From: Chiloscyllium plagiosum
Taxonomy: Eukaryota
DNA length: 64,000 bases
Assembly (NCBI RefSeq): GCF_004010195.1
Contig: NC_057719.1
Location: 27,525,458-27,589,457 of the forward strand
Direction: 5' to 3'
In this document: piece after piece, positions 13,739 through 25,328 of the stretch
Layout of the letters: every line of letters starts with the position of its first letter
Numbering within the stretch: position 1 is the stretch's first letter
The notes under the pieces: generated by a model
Database searches by the model: none
Told to the model about the DNA's origin: nothing
What the model saw: only the letters and a program-made list of their open reading frames with translations
Program-made: the position numbers and the translations under genes

Positions 13739-14994
13739 CAAATTCTTTGGATGGTCTTCCTACCAGCCCCAACTTTGTTGCAATTTCATGATGGACAGTC
13801 GAGGCCTAGACTGGCCCATCTTTATAAAAAACCACAATTGAAGCATTTGTTGCCAATCAATTACCACATAAAAGATATTTCCCACACACCCTCAATTTTC
13901 AGCTTCATGTAAGAAGCTTACAAAGTGAGACTTTTCAGGCTTGAGGTCAGGTTGGTATTCATCAATTATTTCTTTTCAACATTGAAAGCTGCCTTTGCTC
14001 CTACCAGCCCTGCCCTGGGCAGATGCTCGTTCTCTACCATCCCCCACCCTCGGGGCCTCACCAGCCAAGAGCTCACTGCCCCGGGCCTCACTGCCTGGAG
14101 CTGCCCAACAACAACAGGCCCTAGATTTCTTAGACCTAGACTCTGGGGACTGATTTCAATTACAGTCCTGCCTTCTGCACCTCCTGGTACTGCTGGGAGC
14201 CAATCTCTGAAATACAACTTCTTTCCTAGTGAGGACTCAAAGTTCCATTTCTGTGCAAGTAATGATTCTCAAGGCAACAAGTGGCTGCAGGCCAGCTCAT
14301 ACAAGCACCAATGCATTTCTCCATTGTCTCTTCAGGTGCCAGGTATAGAAAGGCCACCATCCCGAAAGTCCTGACATATATGTCCGTCATATCCCTCAGG
14401 GAGTAATGCCACAACACAAACACATAAACCCACCCGTTACTCTTTGATGCATTGATTCTGTTAACAATTTCATGAACAATTGGTTCATGGTAGTCACAGT
14501 TGATTGACTCCTGTTAACTGATTCGGATGCTCCAATCCATTCTGTTCTGCAGCCCCAACTGGTAACAAAAAGTAAATAAAACATAGCATGGCTCAAAGTG
14601 GAAGTGACCACAGTAACAGGTAGCAGCTGCCATACAGCTCACATTTTCAGCCATACAGCTCTACCCTCACCAACTCTCTGCTCAGGTGCAAGCTCCAGCC
14701 ACCTGCAATCTCCAAAGGATTCCCAGATCACATCTGCAGCTGCTCACAGATACTGTATGTGTGTACAAATTGCCAGTTCTGCAATTCCACATCCAACATG
14801 ACAACTTTTGCTTTACAAAAAGGCTAGGCAAAGTAATAAGAAGCCCTTAAGAGAAACTGCATAATGAATACAGAAAAAAGCAAGGACCCAGCAGCACAGA
14901 GAAGAAAGCTGACAGGAAAGACAAAAAGAGAAAATGAGGTTGAAAAATAATGCAATCGAAAAGCAGCAAAGGCTGCAACACAAAGAAAAGGCAG

Positions 14995-15415
14995 CCTTGC
15001 ATTTACACAACACATTTCATGGCCTTCTAACATCCAATAGCTCTTTACAGCAAGGAGGCACTTTTGAACAGTTGGGAGTGGTGAAAACATGGCAGGCAGT
15101 GTGCACAAAACAAACTCCCACAAAGAACAATACGATAATGCTTAAATAATCTGCTTTTGTCATGCTTGAGGGATAAATACTGGACATAATTCCTTTCCTT
15201 TTTTTATTGAAATAGTGGTTTGGGATCTGTTGCATCCACTGGAGAGGGGTAGAGGGATTTTAGATTTGATAAAGTATCCTACCATTGCTCTCCCTCAGTA
15301 CTACACAGGAACATCAGCCTTCAGCTTCCTTATCACCTCATGTCCTGGAGCAAGTTGGGAACTGACAATCATTTGACTCTGGGGCAAGAGTACAACCAAT
15401 TGAGCTACAACCAGC
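14995..15415 (-). mobile_element. DeuSINE/SacSINE1-like SINE, near full length, diverged
   Basis: ttgcatttacacaac...aactcccacaaag...gagggataaatactggac...gaaatagtggtttgggatct...ctccctcagtactacac...ccaattgagctac, in the order of the shark DeuSINE consensus as I recall it. Confidence 0.65.
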
Positions 15416-15719
15416 CCTACATAACAGATGCACAATTTGATTTAGTATACAGGCATCACAGGCTCAACCAGCAAGAGGAATTAGTAAATTAAAACCCTCT
15501 CACAACATGCTTTTGTGTGCAGGAGGTAAAAGAAAATAGAGGAAAGAGAAACGGAAAAACATGGGGTCAATAAGCATAAGGATTCTAGTGGTTCACTGCT
15601 GCAATTGTACAAGCATCTTGAATTTTAATCCATGAATTATTTTGTAGCAAACTTCATAATTCTCTTAAAAAAAGGAATACAAACATTTCTTAAAGAGGGG
15701 ATATTAAAAAAAGGTAAAC

Positions 15720-15935
15720 TCACTGTAGTCTTACATAGGGCTGCTCTCTCATTAGAGAGAGAGAAAAAAAAAGAGAGAAAGAGCTGGTACTGATTTAACC
15801 TGAGGGTCACCAATCCTCAGGCGAGGGGAAAGGTTGGGAAGGAGAGCTCTGCATGGAAACCTTAGCTGTGTGGGAACTGAACCCATGCTGTTGGTGTCAT
15901 GCTGCACCGCAAACCAGCTCTCCAGCTAATTGGTC
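15720..15935 (-). mobile_element. tRNA-derived SINE (third family; second copy at about 58080-58255)
   Basis: ctctctcattagagag...tttaacctgagggtcacc...gaactgaacccatgctgttggtgtc...aaccagctctccagctaa, repeated in diverged form at 58080-58255. Confidence 0.6.
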
Positions 15936-16406
15936 CCTATAATAAACAATACAGGATAATAACAAATGGAAAGTTCACAAAAGACTGTTTGGAATAGGAG
16001 TTCTATCAGGAAAAGGCCTGATGCACAGGTGGAGAATGGCATGGTCTGTTTCTCTGCTGCAACCTTCTACAAGCTCTGAGAAACTGGGTATCTTGTGACA
16101 TTTCCTCATTAATTTACCAAATATGAAACAGTTTGAAAAAAAAATCTTTTAGTACAAATATTATCCTCAATACATTTCATATTTAACTGACTTGTGTAGA
16201 GCCAAGGTGGATGCAGCCATGATACTGAGCTATCTAAAATGGATTGTGATTGCCCCTCTGAACTTAAACATTTCCACAGTTGGTTTCTTGATTTATACAA
16301 ATCAATGTGCCCTATCCAGATGACTTAAGGAAAAGAGTGCAATGTGCAAGGATAATTTTATAAGTTGCCAGTTGCAAACTCTCAGAAAATGAGAAGCAAC
16401 TCACAG

Positions 16407-16728
16407 ATAATGAGAGGCATAGATAGAGCCGATAGCCAGAGACTATTTCCCAGGGCAGAAATGGCTAACACGAGGGGTCATAGTTTTAAGCTGGTTGGAG
16501 GAAAGTATAGAGGGGGTGTCAGAGGCGGGTTCTTTACACAGAGAGTTGAGAGAGCATGGAATGCGTTGCTAGCAGCAGTTGTGGAAGCGAGGTCATTGGG
16601 GACATTTAAGAGACTGTTGGACATGCATATGGTCACAGAAATTAGAGGGTGCATACATGAGGATCAGTGGTCAGCACAACATCGTAGGCTGAAGGGCCTG
16701 TTCTGTGCTGTATTGTTCTATGTTCTAT
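16407..16728 (+). mobile_element. CR1 LINE 3' end (relatively young)
   Basis: IMRGIDRADSQRLFPRAEMANTRGHSFKLVGGKYRGGVRGGFFTQRVERAWNAL; (tgttcta)n tail. Confidence 0.9.
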
Positions 16729-17539
16729 CCAATGCAACCTTATTTGGCAATTCTTATTTTTAGATGTCCAAGCAGAGAAACAGTCACATTTTATTTTCAA
16801 CTGAATCATGATGCCAAGCGCAGCAGTCAGAGTCATAGAGATGTACAGTATGGAAACAGACCCTTCGGTCCAACTCGTCTATGCCGACCAGATATCCCAA
16901 CTCATTCTAGTCCCACCTGCCAGCACCCGGCCCATATCCCTCCAAACCCTTCCTATTCATATACCCATCCAAATGCCTCTTAAATGTTGCAATTGTAGCA
17001 GACTCCGCCACATCCTCTGGCAGTTCATTCCATACACGGACCACACTCTGTAAAAAGGTTGCCCCTTAGGTCTCTTTTATATCTTTCCCCTCTCACCCTA
17101 AACCTATGCCCTCTAGTTCTGGACTCACCGACCCCAGGGAAAAGACTTTGCCTATTTACCTTCTCCATGCCCCTCATAATTTTATAATCCTCTAAAAGGT
17201 CACCACTCAGGTTCCCACGCTCCAGGGAAAACAGCCCCAGTCTGTTCAGCATTTCCCTATAGCTCAAATTCTCCAACCCTGGCAACATCCTTGTAAATCT
17301 TTTCTGAACCCTTTCAAGTTTCACAACAACGTTCCGATAGGAAGGAGACCAGAATTGCACACAATATTCCAAAAGTGGCCAAACCAATATCCTGGGTACA
17401 GCCGCAACATAAACTCCCAACTCCTGTACTCAATACTCTGACCAATAAAGGAAAGCATACCAAACGCCTTCTTCACTATCCTATCTACCTGCGACTCCAC
17501 TTTCAAGGAGCTATGAACCTGCACTCCAAGGTCTCTTTG

Positions 17540-18046
17540 NNNNNNNNNNNNNNNNNNNNNNNNNNNNNNNNNNNNNNNNNNNNNNNNNNNNNNNNNNNNN
17601 NNNNNNNNNNNNNNNNNNNNNNNNNNNNNNNNNNNNNNNNNNNNNNNNNNNNNNNNNNNNNNNNNNNNNNNNNNNNNNNNNNNNNNNNNNNNNNNNNNNN
17701 NNNNNNNNNNNNNNNNNNNNNNNNNNNNNNNNNNNNNNNNNNNNNNNNNNNNNNNNNNNNNNNNNNNNNNNNNNNNNNNNNNNNNNNNNNNNNNNNNNNN
17801 NNNNNNNNNNNNNNNNNNNNNNNNNNNNNNNNNNNNNNNNNNNNNNNNNNNNNNNNNNNNNNNNNNNNNNNNNNNNNNNNNNNNNNNNNNNNNNNNNNNN
17901 NNNNNNNNNNNNNNNNNNNNNNNNNNNNNNNNNNNNNNNNNNNNNNNNNNNNNNNNNNNNNNNNNNNNNNNNNNNNNNNNNNNNNNNNNNNNNNNNNNNN
18001 NNNNNNNNNNNNNNNNNNNNNNNNNNNNNNNNNNNNNNNNNNNNNN
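17540..18046. other. Assembly gap (507 N)
   Basis: Run of N inside a CR1 copy, directly abutting a perfect inverted repeat. Confidence 0.99.
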
Positions 18047-18212
18047 TGGATCAGTGGTGCTGGAAGAGCACAGCAATTCAGGCAGCATCCGAAAAGCTTT
18101 TGCCCGAAACGTAGATTTTGCCTGTCTTCGGATGCTGCCTGAATTGCTGTGCTCTTCCAGCACCACTGATCCAGAATCTGGTTTCCAGCATCTGCAGTCA
18201 TTGTTTTTACCT
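18047..18212. mobile_element. Penelope-derived fold-back element (perfect 47-bp arms 18047-18093 / 18127-18173)
   Basis: Arms are exact reverse complements. The loop contains the 3' half of a hammerhead motif (gcttttgcccGAAACGTA). Confidence 0.8.
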
Positions 18213-19021
18213 TTTTATCTCAGCAAGAGGCCCAGCAATCACTTCTCTAGCTTCCCACAGAGTTCTAGGGTACACTTGATCAGCCCTGGGGATTTATTCA
18301 CATTTACCCGTTTCAAGACATCCAGCACTTCCACCTCTGTAATATGGACATTTTGAATGATGTCACCATTTGTTTCCCTACAGTCTATATCTTCCATATC
18401 CTTTTCCACAGTAAATACTGATGCAAAATACTCATTTAGTATCTCCCCATTTTCTGCGGCTCCACACAAAGGCTGCCTTGCTGATCTGTGAGGGGCCCGA
18501 TTCTCTCCCTAGTTACCCTTTTGTCCTTAAGATAGTGAGTGGCTTGAGGGGTATTTTCAGGTTTTGGTTCTTTGCCATGGCACATAACCGCAATACTCCT
18601 GTTGTGCCAATTATAAATAATCTGGATAATTTTCTTGCTTGCTGTCCAGCTATTCTTGACCTTCCTATACATGAACCCATCTACTTCTGTGTGTGCCCTT
18701 AGCAAAATCTCTCCACAAAATACCACAAATGTCCCAATGTACATGGGCCTTTAGCACTCCATTCTCTACACTTCTGTAGCTCCTCATCTGCTCCACTTTC
18801 GGTGCTCTGTTAACCCTTACCTGGTTCTGAAGATTTAAGAATAAAAAGTTCAAAATGTTTACTGACAGGGGCAACCACAAATAACATACAATTTGTGGAA
18901 AATGCCCTCGATGATGTGTATTGATGTACTCATCCCTGCAATGAGAACTTTGTAATAATTCACAGCTAGTTTAAGGCTCCTTTTGAGAATGCCCACTTGG
19001 AATATGCTGGGGAAGAAACAT

Positions 19022-19091
19022 TTTATTGAGCCATTTTACTTACTGATTCACTTTGAATGATGCTGTTCATTTTCTTCACTCTGGATTTATT
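19022..19091 (-). terminator. Candidate proximal polyadenylation signals for syt16 (AATAAA at 19086-19091 and 19022-19027)
   Basis: Two tttatt hexamers on the plus strand about 500-570 nt downstream of the stop codon. No transcript evidence available. Confidence 0.3.
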
Positions 19092-19593
19092 GGTTACTAA
19101 ACTTGTTTTTAAGCAGCATTAGTTTGTAGCTTTAGTTGTCAGTAAATTATAGACTGAAGAAAGCTGTTCTGTACGAAGACAGTGTTTGAAAAGCCAATTC
19201 ATTTCTGCATGCACGGTGCTGCAATAAGTATTGACCATTTAAAGATTTAAATGACATGCATTTATAGCTATGGCAACAGTGATTCCTTTGTACTATCTGC
19301 TCATCCTCAATACTGATTTGTTGTCATTGTTGATGTCATATCAAAGTGACACAATAATGCACCTCCACAGGCACTGAGCTAATGTAAATAGCTTTTAAAT
19401 CCCTGAAAGAATTCCTTATGTTGGCTAAGCAATTTGCTGTTCACTAAAGATATTCTTTAATGATTTGGCTATTTTAAGATTTTAAGGAAGGGCATGAATG
19501 TTGAAGTACAATAGAAGCCTGTTGCACTGGTGAAAATGTTCAGGATGTCTGGATAAAAGGCCACTAAGCTGTCTTTAATTAGCGATACTGTGT

Positions 19594-19907
19594 TTATGAT
19601 TCCAGTAATGTGTGCCATCTGCAAACTTGATGGCTTTTGGATTCCTTCATCTCCAGCCAGTGATTTTGCTCCTCATTGCCACTGCTGTTTTGACCCATGG
19701 AGATCCATCCAATCATTTCCTTGCGCTTCATGCTACGTCGGTTGTATATTGAGATCATTAATGTGACTTCAGAGAGCTGGAAAAGAGCCACCTGAAAGAT
19801 GAAAGTCTCCTTGTAAACTGGGTTGGGCTGACCACGCCGAATGGAAGTCTTGCACCGAGACATTTCCTGTCCGACTGAGTTAAGGAGAGAGAGCTTCGCA
19901 TAGGTGT
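19594..19907 (-). CDS. syt16: Synaptotagmin-16, last coding exon (314 nt including TAA; C2B domain)
   Basis: Acceptor attctacag|AC. Encodes (D)[103 protein letters not shown], the characteristic SYT14/16 C-terminus. Confidence 0.97.
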
Positions 19908-20126
19908 CTGTAGAATTTTAACCAAAAAGAGGAGATCTTAGTTTTACATTGAATTTAGGAATTCAGGCAGCATCTATTTTCAAGGTCACTTGCAGTAGCA
20001 TGTTGTAAAAATCTAAAAGAAATTATTTAACTTTTGAAACAGGCACAAATACAAAGCAAGATTAGGCTGCCTTTATCTGTCAGTTTTACACTGATTAATG
20101 ACAATAAATAAATGACAAACAAAAAT

Positions 20127-20305
20127 AGAAATTGATGAAAGAGCTCAGCAGGTCTGGCAGCATCTGTGGAGAGAAATCAGTTAATGTTTTAGGTCAGTGA
20201 CATTTCCTCAGAACTCAGATTTCTCTCCACAGATGCTGCTGGACCTGCTGAGCTCTTTCATCAATTTCTGGTTCCTTTCTGATTTCCAGCATCCACAGAT
20301 CTTTT
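20127..20305. mobile_element. Penelope-derived fold-back element (52-bp arms 20127-20178 / 20218-20269)
   Basis: Arms are reverse-complementary with 2 mismatches. Loop on the minus strand reads TTCTGAGGAAATGTCACTGACCTAAAACATTAAC (degenerate hammerhead). Tail tctgatttccagcatcc. Confidence 0.75.
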
Positions 20306-21114
20306 GATTTTTATTCACATTAAATAATTTGTTTTAGACAATATTTATTAGTGCTGCTTAGTTGTTGTACATGTTAAGCTGAGATGCTTCTATTGGTAGA
20401 ATGTTATGCCCATGACTGACAAACTGAATATGACCAAGAGCCAGGTTCTAGGGATTGAACTTACAATAGCTTGAATCAACAGCAGATTCAGCTTCTCATT
20501 TAGAATAATTGCAATCCAGCAAACCAGGTAGATAGAAGCAGGAGACTAAAAAAAACCTTAGCATTTATTTGTAAGCAAGATTACAAAAAGTTGCCTCACG
20601 TTAATGTAAAAAGATGCAAACGTCATCTACACATTGTCAAAACGAAGCTTGAGCAATTGTCACAGAGTTAATGGCAGTTGTGAGGGTAGGGAGGTTAACT
20701 TTCCTCTGCATCACAGGACAATAATCTGGTGCAACAATTTAAGCCAGTGTACAACAGCGGAGTGACTGCGGAGGTCACTGCTCTATCAGATAAACATCCT
20801 GATACTGGAAACATAAACCACCCCCAAACTTGAGGGAACTATTTGTGGAGAAATAAAAAAGTGAAAGAAAACTGCAGTGATTCAGAGCATAGAGAGACTC
20901 TGTCCCATCACTCGAAACAACATTTTAAGGTTTGCTGTTGTGTTTACTTCAGAATTTTTCAAGCTTAACAATATTATAATATGATATACATATAGCTCAT
21001 CCACTGACACTGTGAGAAAGTCACATAGCTTATATCATGTGTGTTTTCTAGCTGTCTTCTTCTAGAGGATTTCAGTTCTTGTAACTTTACTCTCAATAGT
21101 GAGCTCTATCTCCC

Positions 21115-21277
21115 AAACAGTGTGGAAACAGGCCCTTCGGCCCAACAAGTCCACACCGACCCTCCGAAGAGCAGTCCACCCAGACCCATTCTCCTACAAT
21201 TACAGTTGCCTGAGGCGGGAATTGAACCTGGGTCTCTGGTGCTGTGAGGCAGAAGTGCTAACCACTGTGCCCAGCAC
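21115..21277 (-). mobile_element. HE1 SINE with the central domain deleted
   Basis: Tail cagtgtggaaacaggcccttcggcccaacaagtccacaccgacc joined directly to head gcctgaggcgggaattgaacctgggtctctggtgctgtgaggcagaagtgctaaccactgtgcc. Confidence 0.85.
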
Positions 21278-22049
21278 ATTTGGAATCATTTAGCAAGTGC
21301 TACCCAATTACAGAATCACATGTGCAGCAAACAATTTGGTGCGAGTTCTACAAGTTTTGTCTGGTTGAGAATGGTCTGGATTCTGATTACTACAAACAAC
21401 CAGAGATACAAGATGTCCAATTTGGTCAGCCGATTGTTGGCGTTCATACTTTCATATTTATTTACAACAGCTCGTTCCACTCAACTCTGAGTAGGCAATT
21501 TCTTTTTAAAGCTACACTGCTAAGCTAACTCTCCACATCATTGTTTATTTTTCTTTAATTTCCTATCGGTATGGCAAAAACAATATTGCATTTTACTTAG
21601 GTTTTCAAACTGGACAAGTTCTCAGATGTTCAAAATAGTCTGTACTGTCCTTCCCTAATTCAGAGAGAATGCGCACTTATATTCCAGAAAGAAGTCACAA
21701 GAACTCCTGGATTTTGAAAAGTTCTTCAGTGGATTAGTTGATTTAATTGACTAAGATATTCAGACAGCAAAATTTACAGCAAATGATTATTTTCTCCAGT
21801 CCGATGCATGACAATGTTTTGAAAGATGCTTTGTGCAGGAATTGAAAACTGAACATGTTCCTTTGTCAGGGCTATTAAAATCTTAAATGGAGACCCATTT
21901 TTCCAAATTTGTAGAAAAGTTATTAACATCTGACTATTTTCACTTACTATGGAACAGAAATGCATATTTCAACTGGCTTAGCATTGGCAAAATCATAAGA
22001 GTTTATAATCAGTCACATGTGACACAGGGCAGCAAAAGTCCTATAAATT

Positions 22050-22200
22050 GGAAAACGGCTCAGTGGTTAGCACTGTTGCTTCACAGCACCAGGGATTCAG
22101 GTTCTATTCCAGCCTCGGGTAACTGTGTGTGAAGTTTGGATGTTCTCCCCATGTCTACATGGGTCCCCTCCAAGTGCTCTGTTTTCTTCTCACAGTCCAG
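22050..22200 (+). mobile_element. HE1 SINE 5' half, truncated at a Penelope hairpin
   Basis: ggctcagtggttagcactgttgcttcacagcaccagggattcaggttctattccagcctcgggtaactgtgtgtgaagtttgg. Confidence 0.8.
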
Positions 22201-22205
22201 AGAAA

Positions 22206-22410
22206 TACAAAGTTAAAAATCACACAACACCAGGTTATAGTCCAACAGGTTTAATTGGAAGCACACTAGCTTTCGGAGCGACGCTCCTTCATCAGGTGAT
22301 TGTCGTTCCAAAAGCTAGTGTGCTTCCAATTAAACCTGTTGGACTATAACCTGGTGTTGTGTGATTTTTAACTTTGTACACCCCAGTCCAACACTGGCAT
22401 CTCCAAATCC
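22206..22410. mobile_element. Penelope-derived fold-back element (77-bp arms 22206-22282 / 22302-22378)
   Basis: Arms are reverse-complementary with 2 CpG-type transitions, followed by tail caccccagtccaacactggcatctccaaatc. Confidence 0.8.
22264..22298 (-). ncRNA. Minimal type I hammerhead ribozyme motif with intact core
   Basis: Minus strand CAC-CUGAUGA-A-GGAGC-GUC-GCUCC-GAAA-GCUA-GUG: conserved CUGAUGA/GAAA/UH core, 5-bp helix II, palindromic AGCU helix III, CAC/GUG helix I. Confidence 0.7.
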
Positions 22411-24469
22411 CAAATAATTTATTATTTTAAGTTGGGATGAAGTACAGAATCCAGCCCTTGTGAAGCCCATCCCAATGGCCTGAGCCAAAATAAGGACACG
22501 CACCCTCTGCAAAGGAGGCAGGATCAAAAATTCAAATGGTGGGTATTGGATGACTTTCCTGCCAAGCACCACAACCAGATTATAGACTGTTCTTGGAGGC
22601 AGCCCTACAAATTCCATGGGGAAACCTCAGCTTATTGCTTGTCAATCTAAGCAGACCCCATGCCTGCTGTAGGTGAGAGTTTTGTTTTAGACCTGCGTAA
22701 GGTGTCAGCCTAGGGGTCCAAATGAAGTCAAAACAGGTGGGCAGGACTTTAGTTGCTGAAAAGAATTTCTGCCTCCACTCTGAAAAACAGCACAAAACAA
22801 TGACCTGTGAGGGTGACACATGTATGGGAAAATGGTCACCTGCAAGTTCCCCTCCAGCATTGCACTGCCATTTATCAACACTGACAGCTTCTGGTTGCAC
22901 TTAATCCAATAGGCCTACCTTACAGAGGCAACATTGAGCATCAACACACTCCATCAAAAAGCGCCTAAGGGTTTTTGGTTCAATTTCTAAATGCAACAGG
23001 TTGCACCCAAAGTCAGGTATGGTGGGTGAACCTTCACTGCATTAAGAGATTTTATGTAGTGTGGTAATTAGAGATCTTTTCTTAGTGACTGCAGAAACCA
23101 TGGAGCCCAATGTCACTGTACCTCTTGAAAGAATGAACCTTTTGTTCTGAAAATAATCTGTCCAGAAGCATCAAATTACTGACATTTTAAATTGAAGGTG
23201 TCTCTTTGTGTTGTCAAGTTAGGACAGAAGCTGCTCAATAACAATATGCAGCATCTCTTTCACTGTAGCAAATGGGAACCTTAGCTTCCTGCTCCTAAAG
23301 GCATGACACCTGAATCAGCCACCATTAAAATGTCTCATCATAGTCAGGTTAATGTCAGCTAACAATTCCAGTTTTTATGCTGGGAATATATTCAATGTTG
23401 CCCTCCAGGTCTGACCTCACTAAATGATTAATGAAAGGACCATTCATTTACATGGGACCAGCATACACAAGCTCATCTCAACTTTCAGCCACCTGCACCT
23501 ATAGTCACCCTTCCCTGCAATACAGCCAGAGATTGCCCAGGTCCTAACACAGACCAAGGACCTGTCAACTCTCTTGTACATGTAACCAATGTTTTAGAGA
23601 ACCTCTTTCTTTGAGGAGACCCAGTGAGACCCACATTCAGTTTTCTGAAGGCTTCCAGGAACCCTTAGTCAAAGGAGCTTTTACCCCAGGCACAACCTCA
23701 GATACGAGGATTTCTCCTCCTCTTACAAGATATCTAGGAAACCCATGGAAGTGGTCACGGTCTGAACTCTGCTATTTTGAGAGTAGACTGGGATACAGGC
23801 AGGCTTGTGGTGAGACCAGACTATTTTGGCTAATATGTTTAGGAAAGCTGAGAAGCAACTGATGTTGACATCACGGGAACAAAACACGAGTAGTCACTAT
23901 ACCACTGACCAGGTTTTGTGTCAATCAAACTAACTAAGGTGGAATTTTGTTCCCACATCCCCATACAAGATTTTACTTTGTTCATGGGATGTGGGTATCA
24001 CTGACTGGGCCAACATTTATTGCCTTTCCTTAATTTCCCAGACACTACTTTTGCTGTGGGTCTGGATTCGCATGTAGGTCAGACCAGGTAAGGATGGCAG
24101 ATTTCTTTCCCTAAAAGATATGGGTGAATCAGGTAAGTTTTTATGTCAATTGGCAGAGGTTACAAATGGTAGAAATTAACATCCTTTCTAATCTTCTGTA
24201 CCAAGATTAGCAAGCAATATAAACTGCATAACAGAATTTGAAAAGTAATCAGTAATAAGCAAAGATACAATGCAGCTGGCAAATGTCTGGGAAGGGAAAT
24301 AATGGTCAGTATTGGAATGTGGTCAATAAGTTGTATCATAAGTGCCCAAGGACAGGTGATAGAGGCTCTGGCAAACATCACAAGATGACGGAAGGCCTAG
24401 GATTGACCATGAAATTGTCCATCATTGATCGTGTATTCACAGGATTGGATGTGTAGGTCAGAGGGGATG

Positions 24470-25328
24470 TGACATGCGCTGATCCTGGAACATCTGCTGT
24501 TCATCGTCTATATAAATGATTTGGAGAAAACGTGGCTGGTCTAATTTATAAGTCTGTTGACAATACAGTTGATGGAGTTGTGGATAGTGAGGAGGATTGT
24601 TAGAGGATACAGGAGGATATGCAGAAAAATGGAAAGTCAAGTACAGGTGGAAATTATACAGCAAATGGTAGAATTGTTCAAGAAGGCATTTGATATCATT
24701 GCGTTTATTGGTCAGTGTATTAACTTTATGGGTTGGGAAGTCATGTTGCTGCTTTACAGGACATTGGATAGGCCATTTTTGAAATGCTGCATTAATTTCT
24801 GGTCTCCCTGCTATAGCAACAATGTTGTTAAACTTGAAAGGGTTCTGAAAAGATTTACATGGATGTTGCCAGGGTTGCAGGATTTGAGCTAGAGGGAGAG
24901 GCTGAATAGGCTGGGGCTATTTTCCCTGGAGCTTCAGAGGCTAAGGAGTGACCTTTTAGAAATTTATAAAATCATGAGGGGCATGGATATGATGAATAGT
25001 CAAGGTCTTTTCCCTCGGGTGGGGGAGTCCAGAACTAGAGGGCATCAGTTTAAGGTGAGGGGGGAAAGGTTTAAAAGGGACCTACGGGGCAATGTTTTCT
25101 CACAGAGGGTGGTGCATGTATGGAATGAACTGCCAGAGGAAGCGGTGGAAGCTGGTACAATTACAACATTCAAAAGGCATCTGGATGGTTATATGAATAG
25201 GAAGGGTTTAAGAGGGATATGGACCAAATGCTGACAAATGGGACTAGATTGATTTAGGATATCTGGTTGGCATGGATGCGTTGGTCCGAAGGGTCTGCTT
25301 CCATATTCTACAGCTTTATGATTCTAAC
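24470..25328 (+). mobile_element. CR1 LINE, 5'-truncated
   Basis: KKAFDIIAFIGQCI...LERVLKRFTWMLPG; RGHQFKVRGERFKRDLRGNVFSQRVVHVWNELPEE. Confidence 0.9.

Larger units (their letters stand above)
16828..18530 (-). mobile_element. CR1 LINE spanning the assembly gap, with a Penelope hairpin inserted at 18047-18212
   Basis: LEYCVQFWSPSYR...LERVQKRFTRMLPG (ORF 17025-17420) and GEILNEYFASVFTVEKD...KSPG (ORF 18239-18469). Confidence 0.88.

Noticed and set aside
13900..14800. GC-richer block with ORFs (13925-14374) and a short direct repeat gccatacagctc; similar blocks at about 22420-23050 and 62010-62480
   Set aside because: No recognisable protein motif or splice structure. Probably old repeat remnants, but I could not define termini or family.
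17321..18201. Long ORFs of 232-281 aa in the ORF track
   Set aside because: Artefacts of translating through the 507-N gap; the flanks are CR1 and Penelope hairpin sequence.
19265..19279. RFX X-box-like motif (agctatggcaac) in the proximal 3'UTR
   Set aside because: Only one half-site is good, which is expected by chance in 64 kb without conservation data.
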